DNA of 64,000 bases from Alkalispirochaeta sp. (GTDB lineage Bacteria > Spirochaetota > Spirochaetia > DSM-27196 > Alkalispirochaetaceae). Below are positions 48,833 to 58,603 of the stretch, piece by piece. Position numbers and translations under genes: made by a program. Numbering within the stretch: the first letter of the stretch is position 1; every line of letters starts with the position of its first letter. Under the pieces are notes generated by a model that saw nothing but the letters and a program-made list of their open reading frames with translations, did no database searches and was not told the origin of the DNA. The stretch is taken from NCBI GenBank assembly GCA_965601925.1, contig OZ271854.1, forward strand, positions 3,680,001 to 3,744,000, given 5' to 3'.

Positions 48833-49257
48833 TGGCAATCCAGCCTCGCCGTTGCGCGACGCGCCATGCGGCCATGTGGATCTGGCAGCTGCCGCAGCAC
48901 ATCCTTGGCTTGATCGTTTTGACCGTGGTCCGGCGACACTATCAGGCTCTCGTCCGCAGAGCGTTACCGTACGACGCGCGTCTATATCGATTCGACCCCC
49001 GCAGTCATGAATGGGGCGTTTCGCTCGGGAACTACGTGTTTCTTTCGACCGGATATGACCACGTAACGATTCGACACGAATATGGTCATTGTCGGCAATC
49101 GAGATTGCTGGGCCCGCTTTATCTCATCGTTGTCGGTGTTCCCTCGATTATCCGGGCGACGTATTGGTGGATCCGGCGACTTCCAGCGCGCGACTACTAT
49201 CGAGGATACCCGGAAGCGTGGGCCGATCGCTTGGCAGGGGTGCGTCGTGACGATTGA
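48832..49257 (+). CDS. HExxH-motif phage protein
   Basis: WQLPQ..LG, GVSLG, HEYGHCRQS..LGPLY, EAWAD. Confidence 0.7.
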   Translation: MAIQPRRCATRHAAMWIWQLPQHILGLIVLTVVRRHYQALVRRALPYDARLYRFDPRSHEWGVSLGNYVFLSTGYDHVTIRHEYGHCRQSRLLGPLYLIVVGVPSIIRATYWWIRRLPARDYYRGYPEAWADRLAGVRRDD

Positions 49258-49258
49258 G

Positions 49259-49561
49259 ATGGACGTGCTAAACACACTCCTCCGAGCGGCCCTCGCTGTC
49301 ATCGGCACCGCGCTCGGCGGCCTACTCATCGCCCATATCAGGCGTGTAGCTGCGCTCTTCCGCGCGATCCAGCAGTTGAGCGCACAAAGCCGTGTGCAGT
49401 TCGATGTAACGTTGCATCTAGTTCGAGCGCAGCGCGACCACCTCCGAGTCTCATCACGGACTGCCACCAACGGCGAGTTGCAGCATGCGGACGGCGAGCT
49501 CGACGCGGCGGAGCGGAAACTGAACGAGCACGCCGGTAGAGCGGCGTGGGGATGCGAATGA
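49259..49561 (+). CDS. Holin-like single-TM protein
   Basis: N-terminal TM segment, directly upstream of the endolysin. Confidence 0.55.
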   Translation: MDVLNTLLRAALAVIGTALGGLLIAHIRRVAALFRAIQQLSAQSRVQFDVTLHLVRAQRDHLRVSSRTATNGELQHADGELDAAERKLNEHAGRAAWGCE

Positions 49562-50094
49562 CGATCGACGCGCGCGTCATCGCGGTAGACTCTCATACCC
49601 GTTCAGGACAACCGCTCCGACGCGTAGAAGGCGTCGTGATTCACTACGTACAGTGGCCCGGGGCAACGGCACAACGCATTCGGGACTACTTCCATGCATT
49701 ACCGAGAACCGAGCCGGGGCGCTATGCGTCGGCACACTACGCCGTCGGCCTTGAGGGAGAAGTCATTCAAATGGTCCCCGAGGACGAGGTCGCGTGGCAC
49801 GCCGGACCTTCGAGCAAAACACGACGAGAGGTTGAGACGCGGCTGGGCGGTAAGCCCAATTGGCGCACGATCGGTATCGAGTTATGCCACCCCGATACGT
49901 CGGGCGCCTTCCTCCGTGCCACCTGGCGATCGGCGATCGAACTCGCCGTCGATATCATGCACCGGCACGGTATTTCGAAGGAGGCGCATATTCTCCGTCA
50001 CTACGACTGTACCGGAAAACTATGTCCACTATGGATGGTCAACAATAGCACGGATTGGACGGAGTTCGTACGCGAGGTAGGAGCGGGCTTATGA
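49552..50094 (+). CDS. Endolysin, N-acetylmuramoyl-L-alanine amidase (Amidase_2)
   Basis: VVIHY, ASAHY, VAWHAG, IGIELC, RHYD.TGKLCP. Confidence 0.92.
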   Translation: MRMTIDARVIAVDSHTRSGQPLRRVEGVVIHYVQWPGATAQRIRDYFHALPRTEPGRYASAHYAVGLEGEVIQMVPEDEVAWHAGPSSKTRREVETRLGGKPNWRTIGIELCHPDTSGAFLRATWRSAIELAVDIMHRHGISKEAHILRHYDCTGKLCPLWMVNNSTDWTEFVREVGAGL

Positions 50095-50651
50095 GGAGGC
50101 GAGGATGCAGACGAAGTGGATGGTCGCGGCCCTGGTACTGGCTTGTGGTGTCGGTATTGGTATTGGGTGGGCCGTCTGGGGCCGTCCCGCTGAGCGCGCA
50201 GTCTACGACGACACCGCCGCCGATCGAGCCGCCGCCGGGCTACGTGCTGATACCCACCGATCAGTGGGAGAGACTGACGACGCTCTCGATCGCGTTGGAG
50301 ATGCGGTTGACCGGGCGGGTCGAGCAGGTGACGACGTTGCAGACGCAGCTCGACGAGTCGACCAGGCACAACGCCGAGCTGCAGCGCTCGCAGGCGCGGT
50401 TGCGGACGGAGTTAGCGGCGATCTCGACCTCGCTCGTGAGCTCCGAGGACTCGTTGAGGAAGGAGAGGTCGGCTCGTCAGTTAGAGCGGGAGGGTCTGAC
50501 GATGCAGATCGTGACGGCTCGTGACCAGCGGGACGTCGAGGCCGAGCGGGCCAACGCGGCCGAGCGACGCGCCGATCGGAATAGGCTCGTGTGGCAAATC
50601 GGAATACCGGTTATAGGCATTCTTGGTGTGATCGCAGGGAGTCAGTTATGA
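50091..50651 (+). CDS. Spanin-like coiled-coil protein (N-terminal signal/TM plus C-terminal TM)
   Basis: AGGAG RBS; ATGA overlap with the endolysin; long coiled coil. Confidence 0.6.
   Translation: MRRRGCRRSGWSRPWYWLVVSVLVLGGPSGAVPLSAQSTTTPPPIEPPPGYVLIPTDQWERLTTLSIALEMRLTGRVEQVTTLQTQLDESTRHNAELQRSQARLRTELAAISTSLVSSEDSLRKERSARQLEREGLTMQIVTARDQRDVEAERANAAERRADRNRLVWQIGIPVIGILGVIAGSQL
50105..50524 (+). CDS. Nested alternate-frame TM plus coiled-coil protein
   Basis: GAGGAGG RBS; N-terminal hydrophobic helix; heptad pattern. Confidence 0.55.
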   Translation: MQTKWMVAALVLACGVGIGIGWAVWGRPAERAVYDDTAADRAAAGLRADTHRSVGETDDALDRVGDAVDRAGRAGDDVADAARRVDQAQRRAAALAGAVADGVSGDLDLARELRGLVEEGEVGSSVRAGGSDDADRDGS

Positions 50652-50959
50652 GCGGCCGGGCGCTCCTCGAATCGCGGGTGATCCGTGTGTACCTGATAGC
50701 CGTCGCGGCGATTCTGGCCGCGTCATTTCTGAGTCATGGGGTAGCTATCTGGATTACGCAGCGAGCGGTAGAGCTCGCGCGGTCCGACATTGAGGTACCG
50801 GAAGTGCTCAACACGCTCGCGGCGGGGATCGGCGTCGGCGCCGCTGCTGGTGTCTCGCTCGCTACCATCACGACCGCGCTCATTGCCCGGTATGGCGCAC
50901 GAGAGGCGATGCGAAACCTGGGCTCCAACTCACGTGTGGACGGGGCAGACACACACTGA
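50648..50959 (+). CDS. 2-TM holin-like protein
   Basis: Two hydrophobic segments; ATGA-coupled. Confidence 0.55.
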   Translation: MSGRALLESRVIRVYLIAVAAILAASFLSHGVAIWITQRAVELARSDIEVPEVLNTLAAGIGVGAAAGVSLATITTALIARYGAREAMRNLGSNSRVDGADTH

Positions 50960-51027
50960 GGTGGTCAATTAGGCCAAATGGTGGGAATAATGGACCCCCA
51001 TACCGCTACCTATGGAGACGATTGACT

Positions 51028-51801
51028 ATGGATCGGCAGCTTAGACGAAACGTAGTATTGATTCTGACAGTGTTTTTAGCGCTCTCCTCATGCGTGTCCG
51101 TTGATACCGGCCGTCAGCAGCGTTTACGGTCGATCACAATCACGTTTGAGAACGGTGACGTTAGCGTACGTGAGTTCCATTATACGAACGGCCGATTGCA
51201 CAAGATACAGTGGGACCAGGATATGTCTGGATATCCGTTGAGTAGTGATCTCATTACGGTCGGCTACGACCAACAAGGGCGTGTGTCAGTCTGGGATTAC
51301 TCCGGCCTCATCTCCGACCCGGAGACATCGGAGCCCGTTCAGTCTGGGTATGTACTGGAGTACGACCGAGATGGAGACGATATCGCCATCACTATAACCA
51401 GCAACTCGGGAAGAGAAACTCTATCGAGCCCACGATCGAGTCGTTTTATCTTTATTCTGTATGAAAGGCCGTTTCCGGATGGAATCATGGTGCCCGCGGC
51501 GATTGAAAACAGGACAGCCCTGACAGAGCAGGGAATCTTTGACGACGACGGGCGTGTCATCGTTTATGAACATCGGCCGTTTGGAATCGCTCTTGCGGAG
51601 CCAACCGCGACTTCTGGCTCTGGAGTCATTGAGATTGAAAACGCAGACGGAGATCCCGTGGGTTCCCTGAGTTGGTACTTGCGGGGTCGTCGAACAAACG
51701 TCGAGGTGGCCGATCTATCCGGGCGCGTACTGTACACAGTGGTGCTCACTTACGAACGAGGGGCCACGAATCTCGCGTACACCTTCGGGTCAGTTGAATA
51801 G
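51028..51801 (+). CDS. Prophage moron lipoprotein
   Basis: Lipobox LALSSC; beta-rich mature part. Confidence 0.65.
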   Translation: MDRQLRRNVVLILTVFLALSSCVSVDTGRQQRLRSITITFENGDVSVREFHYTNGRLHKIQWDQDMSGYPLSSDLITVGYDQQGRVSVWDYSGLISDPETSEPVQSGYVLEYDRDGDDIAITITSNSGRETLSSPRSSRFIFILYERPFPDGIMVPAAIENRTALTEQGIFDDDGRVIVYEHRPFGIALAEPTATSGSGVIEIENADGDPVGSLSWYLRGRRTNVEVADLSGRVLYTVVLTYERGATNLAYTFGSVE

Positions 51802-51816
51802 AGTTCGTAGTCATGA

Positions 51817-52134
51817 CTAACGACGTTGGTTCTGAGCTGCGCCTTCTCGCCACACCTGCGAACGCTCCTCGGGATCCCAATAATGCCCGGGCATATGATA
51901 TCTATGCAGCACCGCTGCGGCTCGAGCGGCGTCGGTGATCAATTCCCATCGATGGTCCAACGTTCCGGATCGGGACATAGTGAGTGGTGACTCCAACGGC
52001 TTCCCGCGCCACTCCCTACGTGTGAACGATACGGTGATAGGGCACGCATGCGGTATGCGTTCGTCGCCTCTGGTCTCTTCAAATGTCCAGCCTCGCGACT
52101 CCATGATCCTGATAACTTCTTTAGATGATGTCAT
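51817..52134 (-). pseudogene. HicA-like N-terminal remnant or fusion
   Basis: MTSSKEVIRIMESRGWTFEETRG, without the catalytic GSH. Confidence 0.35.
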
Positions 52135-52498
52135 ACACTATAACTTATCATATGTATAGTAAAATCCATGACGCTCTGTCCAGGGATTCAGTACGACTCG
52201 TACCAAACATAGCCCAGCAGTATGGCGCGCTATCGGAATTGATGCCCTAAAATGTCAAATAAGCAGTAATAGAACGGGCAATCGTCGCGGAAAGTCGGGA
52301 ATGTGGTTCCCCTTGCCGCTATCGGGTGATAGGCTGGGTTAGCAAGGGCGGATCGGGCTGTGAATCCGCGGGGCGAAAATGGTACCGACGGTACCAAAAT
52401 TACCCCGAGCAATGACCGCGTCAGGCGATTTACTACCCCAAAATGTCAAATAAGCGTTTATAACACGGCGAAATATCGCTATCTCGGTACATTTTGTT

Positions 52499-52514
52499 TC
52501 CGACAGGTGGCTTT
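52499..52514 (+). repeat. attR core TCCGACAGGTGGCTTT
   Basis: Exact 16-bp copy of 15546-15561. Confidence 0.93.
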
Positions 52515-52664
52515 GTAAAGTTTATTCCTTTTGTCTGATGCCCCAAATCAGCAACACTATCCAGCTTCCGCTACCGAGTGTCGGCGATCGGTCCCGGTGC
52601 GGGATTATTTTCGTGCGATCTACTGTGGCGTTGTACCACATGTAGCGGAGATCGGAGGTGGTGC

Positions 52665-53183
52665 ATGGAACACGTGATGCGAGAAGCGAGCATTCGAGAT
52701 CTCGATACCGTCGTTGACCTGGGGAGAACGACATACTACGAGACGTTTGGTGATCTTGCCCCGCCTGAGATCATGACCCAGTACTTGGATGCTGCATTTG
52801 ATCCGAAAAAGATCAGGAGAGAGATGCTCTGTAAGCAGTCGCAGTTTTGGATATTGGAACTCGAGGAACAGTGTGCCGGCTACCTGAAACTTAACTGGGA
52901 CGGCGCACAAACGGATCTTCGGGAGTCGGACGGTCTCGAAATCGAACGGATCTATCTGCTTCGAGCGTTTCAGGGAATGGGTTTTGGTCGAATCTTGTTT
53001 GAAAGGGCAAGGGATGTCGCCTATGAGTTGGGAAAGCGATATTTATGGCTCGGAGTGTGGCGTAAAAATTGGAATGCGCTTCGCTTTTACGAGTCGCTCG
53101 GTTTCGTCACCATCGGGACGCACGAGTTCCATATGGGAGATGAACACCAGACCGACTACTTGATGAAAAAAGAACTGGCATAG
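52665..53183 (+). CDS. GNAT N-acetyltransferase (PaiA-like)
   Basis: LEIERIY...FQGMGFG...LWLGVW..N..ALRFY..GF. Confidence 0.9.
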   Translation: MEHVMREASIRDLDTVVDLGRTTYYETFGDLAPPEIMTQYLDAAFDPKKIRREMLCKQSQFWILELEEQCAGYLKLNWDGAQTDLRESDGLEIERIYLLRAFQGMGFGRILFERARDVAYELGKRYLWLGVWRKNWNALRFYESLGFVTIGTHEFHMGDEHQTDYLMKKELA

Positions 53184-53482
53184 GTGATGAACCTACGGCG
53201 TCGGATAGTCTCTCCGCCGCGTACCGGCGGTGCGGCGCCCGCGACGTGCCGCACACCCGGAAAGCGCTCCAAGACGGTTGGGAATAGAATCGGCTCGGAG
53301 CGTGACCGTCGGAACTCGAGGGCCTGATTCCTTCGCACTTTCCAAACTTTTCAGTAGAACAAGTATTCTTAGCGTTGTTTACGGGAAAACCGGTGAGGGG
53401 AATATGTTATCTGCCATCAAGCTTTTTTCGAGAAGAAAAGGGGCTTTGTTTGTAAGGGAACAGTCAGAGTATACTTGGAACC

Positions 53483-53779
53483 ATGAATATCGCCGGATTA
53501 TCTCCCGAAATCGAAAAGGATCTGGATATCGCAATCGACTATCTCAAGTCTGTCGGTTGCACCGAGATATTTATATTTGGATCCGTGGCAACGGGAGAAG
53601 CAACAAGCGAATCAGACCTGGATATCGCCGTCCGAGGAATCAAGCCGGCGGAATTCTTTTTCGTATATGGTGAATTACTTACACGACTCACGCGATCGGC
53701 TGACCTTATTGATCTCAATATCCAGAAGAAATTCGGACAACAATTGATGGATAGCGCAAGCCTCAAACGCGTTGCATGA
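53483..53779 (+). CDS. Minimal nucleotidyltransferase antitoxin (MntA-like)
   Basis: FGSVATG....SDLDIAV. Confidence 0.88.
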   Translation: MNIAGLSPEIEKDLDIAIDYLKSVGCTEIFIFGSVATGEATSESDLDIAVRGIKPAEFFFVYGELLTRLTRSADLIDLNIQKKFGQQLMDSASLKRVA

Positions 53780-54236
53780 CATGGATTATCGTACGTCCGT
53801 TCTTCATGAAATTGAGAACATCGAAACAGAATTGGATTTCATCAACACGTTACTGAAAAAGCGGCAGGCGATAGAACTCGATGACATCGAAATCCGGGCC
53901 GCGGCACTCTCTCTTTCAACTATCTACAACGGAATCGAAAAGGTTCTTCTCCACATTCTTCGGGAACGTGATAACGAAAAAATCGAAGGATCGAATTGGC
54001 ATGCTGCGTTGTTAGAGCGGTCCAATCGAGCACGCCTCATCTCGGAAGAAACAAGAGATGAACTCAAAGGATTTATGGCCTTTCGTCACTTCGTGCGACA
54101 CGCCTATAGCTTTGAGATTGACGCGACTGCGATTCACAAAATCATTGAGCAATGTCCAGCGCTTGTTATGCGACTCAAACGAGAAATAGTGAACGCCATC
54201 GAAGAAAGAGAACCGGAACCCAACGGCGAAGGTTGA
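53772..54236 (+). CDS. HEPN RNase toxin (HepT-like)
   Basis: FRHFVRHAY (RX4HXY); WHAALL. Confidence 0.88.
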   Translation: MHDMDYRTSVLHEIENIETELDFINTLLKKRQAIELDDIEIRAAALSLSTIYNGIEKVLLHILRERDNEKIEGSNWHAALLERSNRARLISEETRDELKGFMAFRHFVRHAYSFEIDATAIHKIIEQCPALVMRLKREIVNAIEEREPEPNGEG

Positions 54237-54240
54237 CAGC

Positions 54241-54361
54241 AGATAACATAACGCTGGACCAGTCAAGCTGCTTTGTCACGGCTTTTGCGTGCGCAAAACC
54301 CGCGCCAATCCCTCCGCCTGCGGCTCCGGGCCGCATCTTGCAGGTCAGCTCGGTGTTATGC
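54241..54361 (+). repeat. attC site 1
   Basis: AGATAAC-5-GCTGGACC ... GGTCAGC-5-GTTATGC with an extrahelical G. Confidence 0.88.
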
Positions 54362-54499
54362 GGCCATTCACATAATAGAAGCAAAAGATCGATAGATAAA
54401 TGAAATCAGCACTTTTTTGGGCATTTTTAAGCTACAATAGTTTCTGAAGGTCAAAACAAGAAATGGTCACCTCACTAGTAAGCATAGGGGACTAATAAA

Positions 54500-56893
54500 A
54501 TGATAACAAAAATAAAATCAATCGATAGAATGGCTGTGTTCCATAGATTTGTTTGGGATTCTTCAGTAAAAGCCCGTAATGGTAAGACTGTTCAATTTAA
54601 GAAGGTCAACATTTTGTATGGTCGCAACTATTCAGGAAAAACCACTTTGTCTAGGCTTGTGCGAGCATTTGAAACGGGATATATCTCGGAGAAATTCGAA
54701 TCTCCAAAATTCGATATTGAACTTTCAGACGGCTCAGTTGTAACCGAAACCAACTTGTCCTCTCATTCCCTCTGTGTCCGAGTCTTCAACGATGATTTTG
54801 TACGCGAACATCTACGATTTATTTTTAATCCAAGTGAAGATATTGAGTCGTTCGCTATTTTAGGTAGAGATAACAATGAAATAGAGAAAGAAATTGAACA
54901 ACTAATTAGTAAGTTGGGCTCTCGAGAAGAAGGGTTAGAAACCGGCTTATACAAGCGGCTAAAAGATTCGGAGGAGGAACTGAATTCTGAAAAGAATCGA
55001 TATACAGATATCCAAAATGCTTTGGAATCGAAAGTCAAAAACAAAGCCTTAGATAGAAACGCTGGGATAAAGTACAAGTCGGAAAGGTTTGGAGATCAAA
55101 ACTACACGTCAAGAAAGTTATTCATTGAATTGGAAGTTGTAGCTGAAGATAGTTACTCCGTGCCATCTATAGAGGAGCTCACTCAAACAGAAAGGGTTTT
55201 GTCGGAGACAACTAAAGAAAAGTTAGCCTCGTTTTCGTTTCCCACAATAAACTTCAAAAAAATTAGCGAATCGGCACGAGAACTTGTTGAGCGAAAAATA
55301 ACAGAATCGGAACGGATAGAAGAACTAATCCGAGAAGCTGTTTTAAACCGTTGGGTCAATGCGGGAAGAGCTCTTCACAAAGACAAGAGAGACAAATGTG
55401 CATTCTGCGGAAATCCAATAACAGCCGATAGATGGTCAAAGTTAGAGAAGCATTTTGACAAAGAGTCGGAAGAGCTAAAAGATGAAATTGAAGATCTGCT
55501 TATTCGTATAGACGAAGAAAAACAGTCAATCGCAACGGGTTTGTCTCTTGAAATCTCTGACTTTTATTCCGCTTTTCATCATCGGCTAAACACACTTAGC
55601 ACTCAATATGAGGAAGCTTGTGGAAAGTACATAGAAAACTTGGCAGGAATTGCAAGTCAGTTAAAGCAACGACTGGATCAAATCCTGAGTCCAGTTGTTT
55701 TCGAAGTGTATAACGATACATCGCATGAAATAGAAGTCGTATTCAACGAGCTGATCAGCATACGTGAGGAATCAAACGATTACTCTACGCAGTTGTCAAC
55801 CAAACAAGCAAACGCACAAGAAAAGCTACGCCTAAAAGAAGTTTTCGATTTTGGAGTAACGATTGGTTATTCGAGCGAGAAGGCAGGACTCGAGCAGATA
55901 AAGACATTGATATCTCAGAAAGAGCAAAAAAGAAATGAAGTAGCACTTGAAATACATGACTTGGAAATACAACTGGAAGACGCAAGTAGCCGCCTAAACG
56001 ATGAAGAAGAAGGTGCCAGAAAGGTCAACGAGTATCTGAACGATTACTTTGGACATCAATTCCTTTCATTGAAAGCCGTTGAAACACCCATATCTGAAGA
56101 GGGAGATATAAAAGCGATACGATTCGAAATAATGCGTGATGGTTCCAAAGCACATCACCTCAGTGAAGGTGAGTGTAGTTTGATCTCATTCTGTTACTTT
56201 GTGGCTAAGCTGGAAGACACAAAAACAAGAGGTCAGAAACCGATTATCTGGATTGACGATCCGATTTCTAGCTTGGACAACAACCACATATTCTTCTTAT
56301 TCAGCATTATCAAATCGAAAATTGTTGATACTAATTCGTTTGAGCAACTCTTTATTTCTACTCATAGTCTCGAGTTCTTGAAGTATCTAAAACGTTTGGG
56401 CGGAGGGACGGTTTCGTTAACTAATAAATTCAAATCATTCGAGAGATCATACTTCTTAATCGAACGTCAAGATCGAAGTACCAGCTTGCAGGTGATGCCG
56501 AAATATCTCAAGGAATATGTCACTGAGTTCAACTACTTATTCAAACAAATATACGATTGCGCGACAATTTCTCAAATTACGGACAAGAACTATATCACTT
56601 TCTATAATTTTGGAAATAACGCACGAAAGTTCTTGGAAATCTACTTGTATTACCGATATCCGGATGCAACGACTGAATCTCAGAAGCTCGAAAGGTTCTT
56701 CGAAGATAAACCGGTACCAGCAATCCTCACCGAAAGAATGAACAACGAATACTCTCACCTCGCCGCAAGTTTCGAGAGAGGCGCGACCCCGGTCGAAGCG
56801 CCAGAGATGCAATCCGCAGCGAGAATGATCATTGAGACAGTTAAATCTAACGACAAAGATCAGTACGATGCTTTGTTGAACAGCTTGGCGTGA
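54500..56893 (+). CDS. RloC-like ABC-ATPase/zinc-hook/HEPN anticodon nuclease
   Basis: GRNYSGKT, CAFC zinc hook, LSEGE, IDDPISSLD, STH, ARKFLE...RMNNEYSH; visibly AT-rich. Confidence 0.8.
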   Translation: MITKIKSIDRMAVFHRFVWDSSVKARNGKTVQFKKVNILYGRNYSGKTTLSRLVRAFETGYISEKFESPKFDIELSDGSVVTETNLSSHSLCVRVFNDDFVREHLRFIFNPSEDIESFAILGRDNNEIEKEIEQLISKLGSREEGLETGLYKRLKDSEEELNSEKNRYTDIQNALESKVKNKALDRNAGIKYKSERFGDQNYTSRKLFIELEVVAEDSYSVPSIEELTQTERVLSETTKEKLASFSFPTINFKKISESARELVERKITESERIEELIREAVLNRWVNAGRALHKDKRDKCAFCGNPITADRWSKLEKHFDKESEELKDEIEDLLIRIDEEKQSIATGLSLEISDFYSAFHHRLNTLSTQYEEACGKYIENLAGIASQLKQRLDQILSPVVFEVYNDTSHEIEVVFNELISIREESNDYSTQLSTKQANAQEKLRLKEVFDFGVTIGYSSEKAGLEQIKTLISQKEQKRNEVALEIHDLEIQLEDASSRLNDEEEGARKVNEYLNDYFGHQFLSLKAVETPISEEGDIKAIRFEIMRDGSKAHHLSEGECSLISFCYFVAKLEDTKTRGQKPIIWIDDPISSLDNNHIFFLFSIIKSKIVDTNSFEQLFISTHSLEFLKYLKRLGGGTVSLTNKFKSFERSYFLIERQDRSTSLQVMPKYLKEYVTEFNYLFKQIYDCATISQITDKNYITFYNFGNNARKFLEIYLYYRYPDATTESQKLERFFEDKPVPAILTERMNNEYSHLAASFERGATPVEAPEMQSAARMIIETVKSNDKDQYDALLNSLA

Positions 56894-56941
56894 AAACCGG
56901 GATAGAAGAAGTTCATCCTCGAACACGCGGGGACGCATAAC

Positions 56942-58603
56942 GAGGCTGTCGCACAACGCGTGGGAACCCACGCGGAGCGAGTAGTTCACGGCCAGTGATC
57001 GTGGCCAGGCATTCTTCAACCCGCCACCCACCCGGATCAAACTCCGACTAACCGATGAATCAGCCCGGTGGTGGCGATCTTTTCGATGTTGTGCACCAGC
57101 GTGTACAGGAGCCATTGAATGCGGACCTTCGCCCGGCCTCGGAGCGTGAATCGTCGCATGCCCTTGGTGGCGGTGATGTTCGCAAAGACCGGCTCCACGA
57201 TACCCATGCGTCTGGCGTACATCCGTCGACCCCGTTCGGTGTCGATCCGATCACGCATCTGTTGGGCATAGGTCCCGGCTGGACCGTCACCGCGGAAGAG
57301 TCTACGCCGGGTTGCAGTACGGATCAGACAGCGGGAGGTGAGATCGCATGCACTGCAGTCTGATTGCTTCGCTTCATAGCGCGTACCACGACGCCCGGCA
57401 ACCACCTCCCGGGTGCGCCGTCGCAACGTCTTGCCGGCCGGACAACGATAGCTGTCGGTGTCGCTCTGGTAGAGGAAATCGGCTTGGGTGAAGCGCCGGT
57501 GTGCCGCCCGGCGCGATCGACTCCGATCCGCGAATCGCATGTCCCGATTCCGGAACTGATGGTCGGGGATATAGCCGTCGAGATCAGAGTCGATCAGGAA
57601 CCGGGCGTTGGATTCGGTGAAATAGTTGGTATCAGCGAGGATGGTCGGTGTGCAGGCCTGGGGATGTGCGAACCTGCGCAGTGTATGCAGTGACCGGCGC
57701 ACCATCCGTGGCAGCAGCGGTGCCTCATGGATCTGACCGACCGGTTCAGCGTGTAGCACGATCTGGTGCTTCGCATCCACCATCGCCAGCGCGTTATAGC
57801 CCTGGATGTAGCCACTCCCGGTTTTCAGTGTGGCACTCTGATTGTCGGTGATGTTGGATTTCACCTCGCGTCCGCTGGTGCCGGTGCGGGGTGGATGGGC
57901 GTCGAGGAATCCTTTGATGCGGTCGATCTGCGCCCGGTAGCGATCAGCTGTCCCTGAACCGGGTCTGCCCTGTTGATCGTCGTTATCGGAGGTGCATGCC
58001 TCATCTGCGCCGCGATGAGTGAGCAGTATCGCCTCAAGACGTGCTTCAAGCTTCGCTCTCTTCTTCTCCAGTTCCCGTCGCGTCCCCGCGTGCTCTCGGG
58101 CGGCGTTCGAGCTGATCTTGCAGCCGTCCAGTGCAAACACGTCCCCACCGATCAGATCGCCCTGTGCCGCAATCATCAGCACATCCCGGAACACACGACG
58201 AACCGCCGCGGGATGGCCGGTAACGAACCGGGCGATCGTGGCGTGGTCGGGCCGGATATCACCACTGAGGGCCATGAACACGATGTTGGTCCGGCAGGCT
58301 TCCTCGATCTTCCGTGAGGAGAGGATGCCCCGGGAGTAGGCGAACAAGATGATCTTCACCAGCGCGGCCGGATCACAGGCCGGGCGACCGCCGTGGTCGT
58401 TGTGATAGGCTGCATCGAACACCGACGTATCGATCTCGTGGTCGACGATCCAGGTGATGGCGTGTTCGATGGTACCCGGCACCAGCTGATCATCCAGGCA
58501 CACCGGAATCATGAGATCCTGCCCCTCGTTTCCTCGGTAGTTCGGCATTGGCTCCTCCCAGGCACGATGCTAGCAGACCACGACTGCGTTGTGCGACAGT
58601 CTC
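56942..58603 (-). mobile_element. IS1182-family insertion sequence
   Basis: 18-bp terminal IRs (17/18 match) GAGGCTGTCGCACAACGC / GCGTTGTGCGACAGTCTC; AAC duplicated at the target. Confidence 0.9.
57037..58548 (-). CDS. IS1182-family DDE transposase
   Basis: GRPACDP, SSRKIE, PDHATIARF, ALDGCKI, QGYN, CPAG, VEPVFANI. Confidence 0.92.
   Translation of the reverse strand: MPNYRGNEGQDLMIPVCLDDQLVPGTIEHAITWIVDHEIDTSVFDAAYHNDHGGRPACDPAALVKIILFAYSRGILSSRKIEEACRTNIVFMALSGDIRPDHATIARFVTGHPAAVRRVFRDVLMIAAQGDLIGGDVFALDGCKISSNAAREHAGTRRELEKKRAKLEARLEAILLTHRGADEACTSDNDDQQGRPGSGTADRYRAQIDRIKGFLDAHPPRTGTSGREVKSNITDNQSATLKTGSGYIQGYNALAMVDAKHQIVLHAEPVGQIHEAPLLPRMVRRSLHTLRRFAHPQACTPTILADTNYFTESNARFLIDSDLDGYIPDHQFRNRDMRFADRSRSRRAAHRRFTQADFLYQSDTDSYRCPAGKTLRRRTREVVAGRRGTRYEAKQSDCSACDLTSRCLIRTATRRRLFRGDGPAGTYAQQMRDRIDTERGRRMYARRMGIVEPVFANITATKGMRRFTLRGRAKVRIQWLLYTLVHNIEKIATTGLIHRLVGV

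Larger units (their letters stand above)
15546..52514 (+). mobile_element. Temperate siphovirus prophage (HK97-like head), ~37 kb
   Basis: Integrase, repressor, replication, terminase, head, tail and lysis genes in canonical order, bounded by a 16-bp direct repeat. Confidence 0.95.

Noticed and set aside
52665..53183. GNAT gene as an integron cassette
   Set aside because: No attC follows its stop codon
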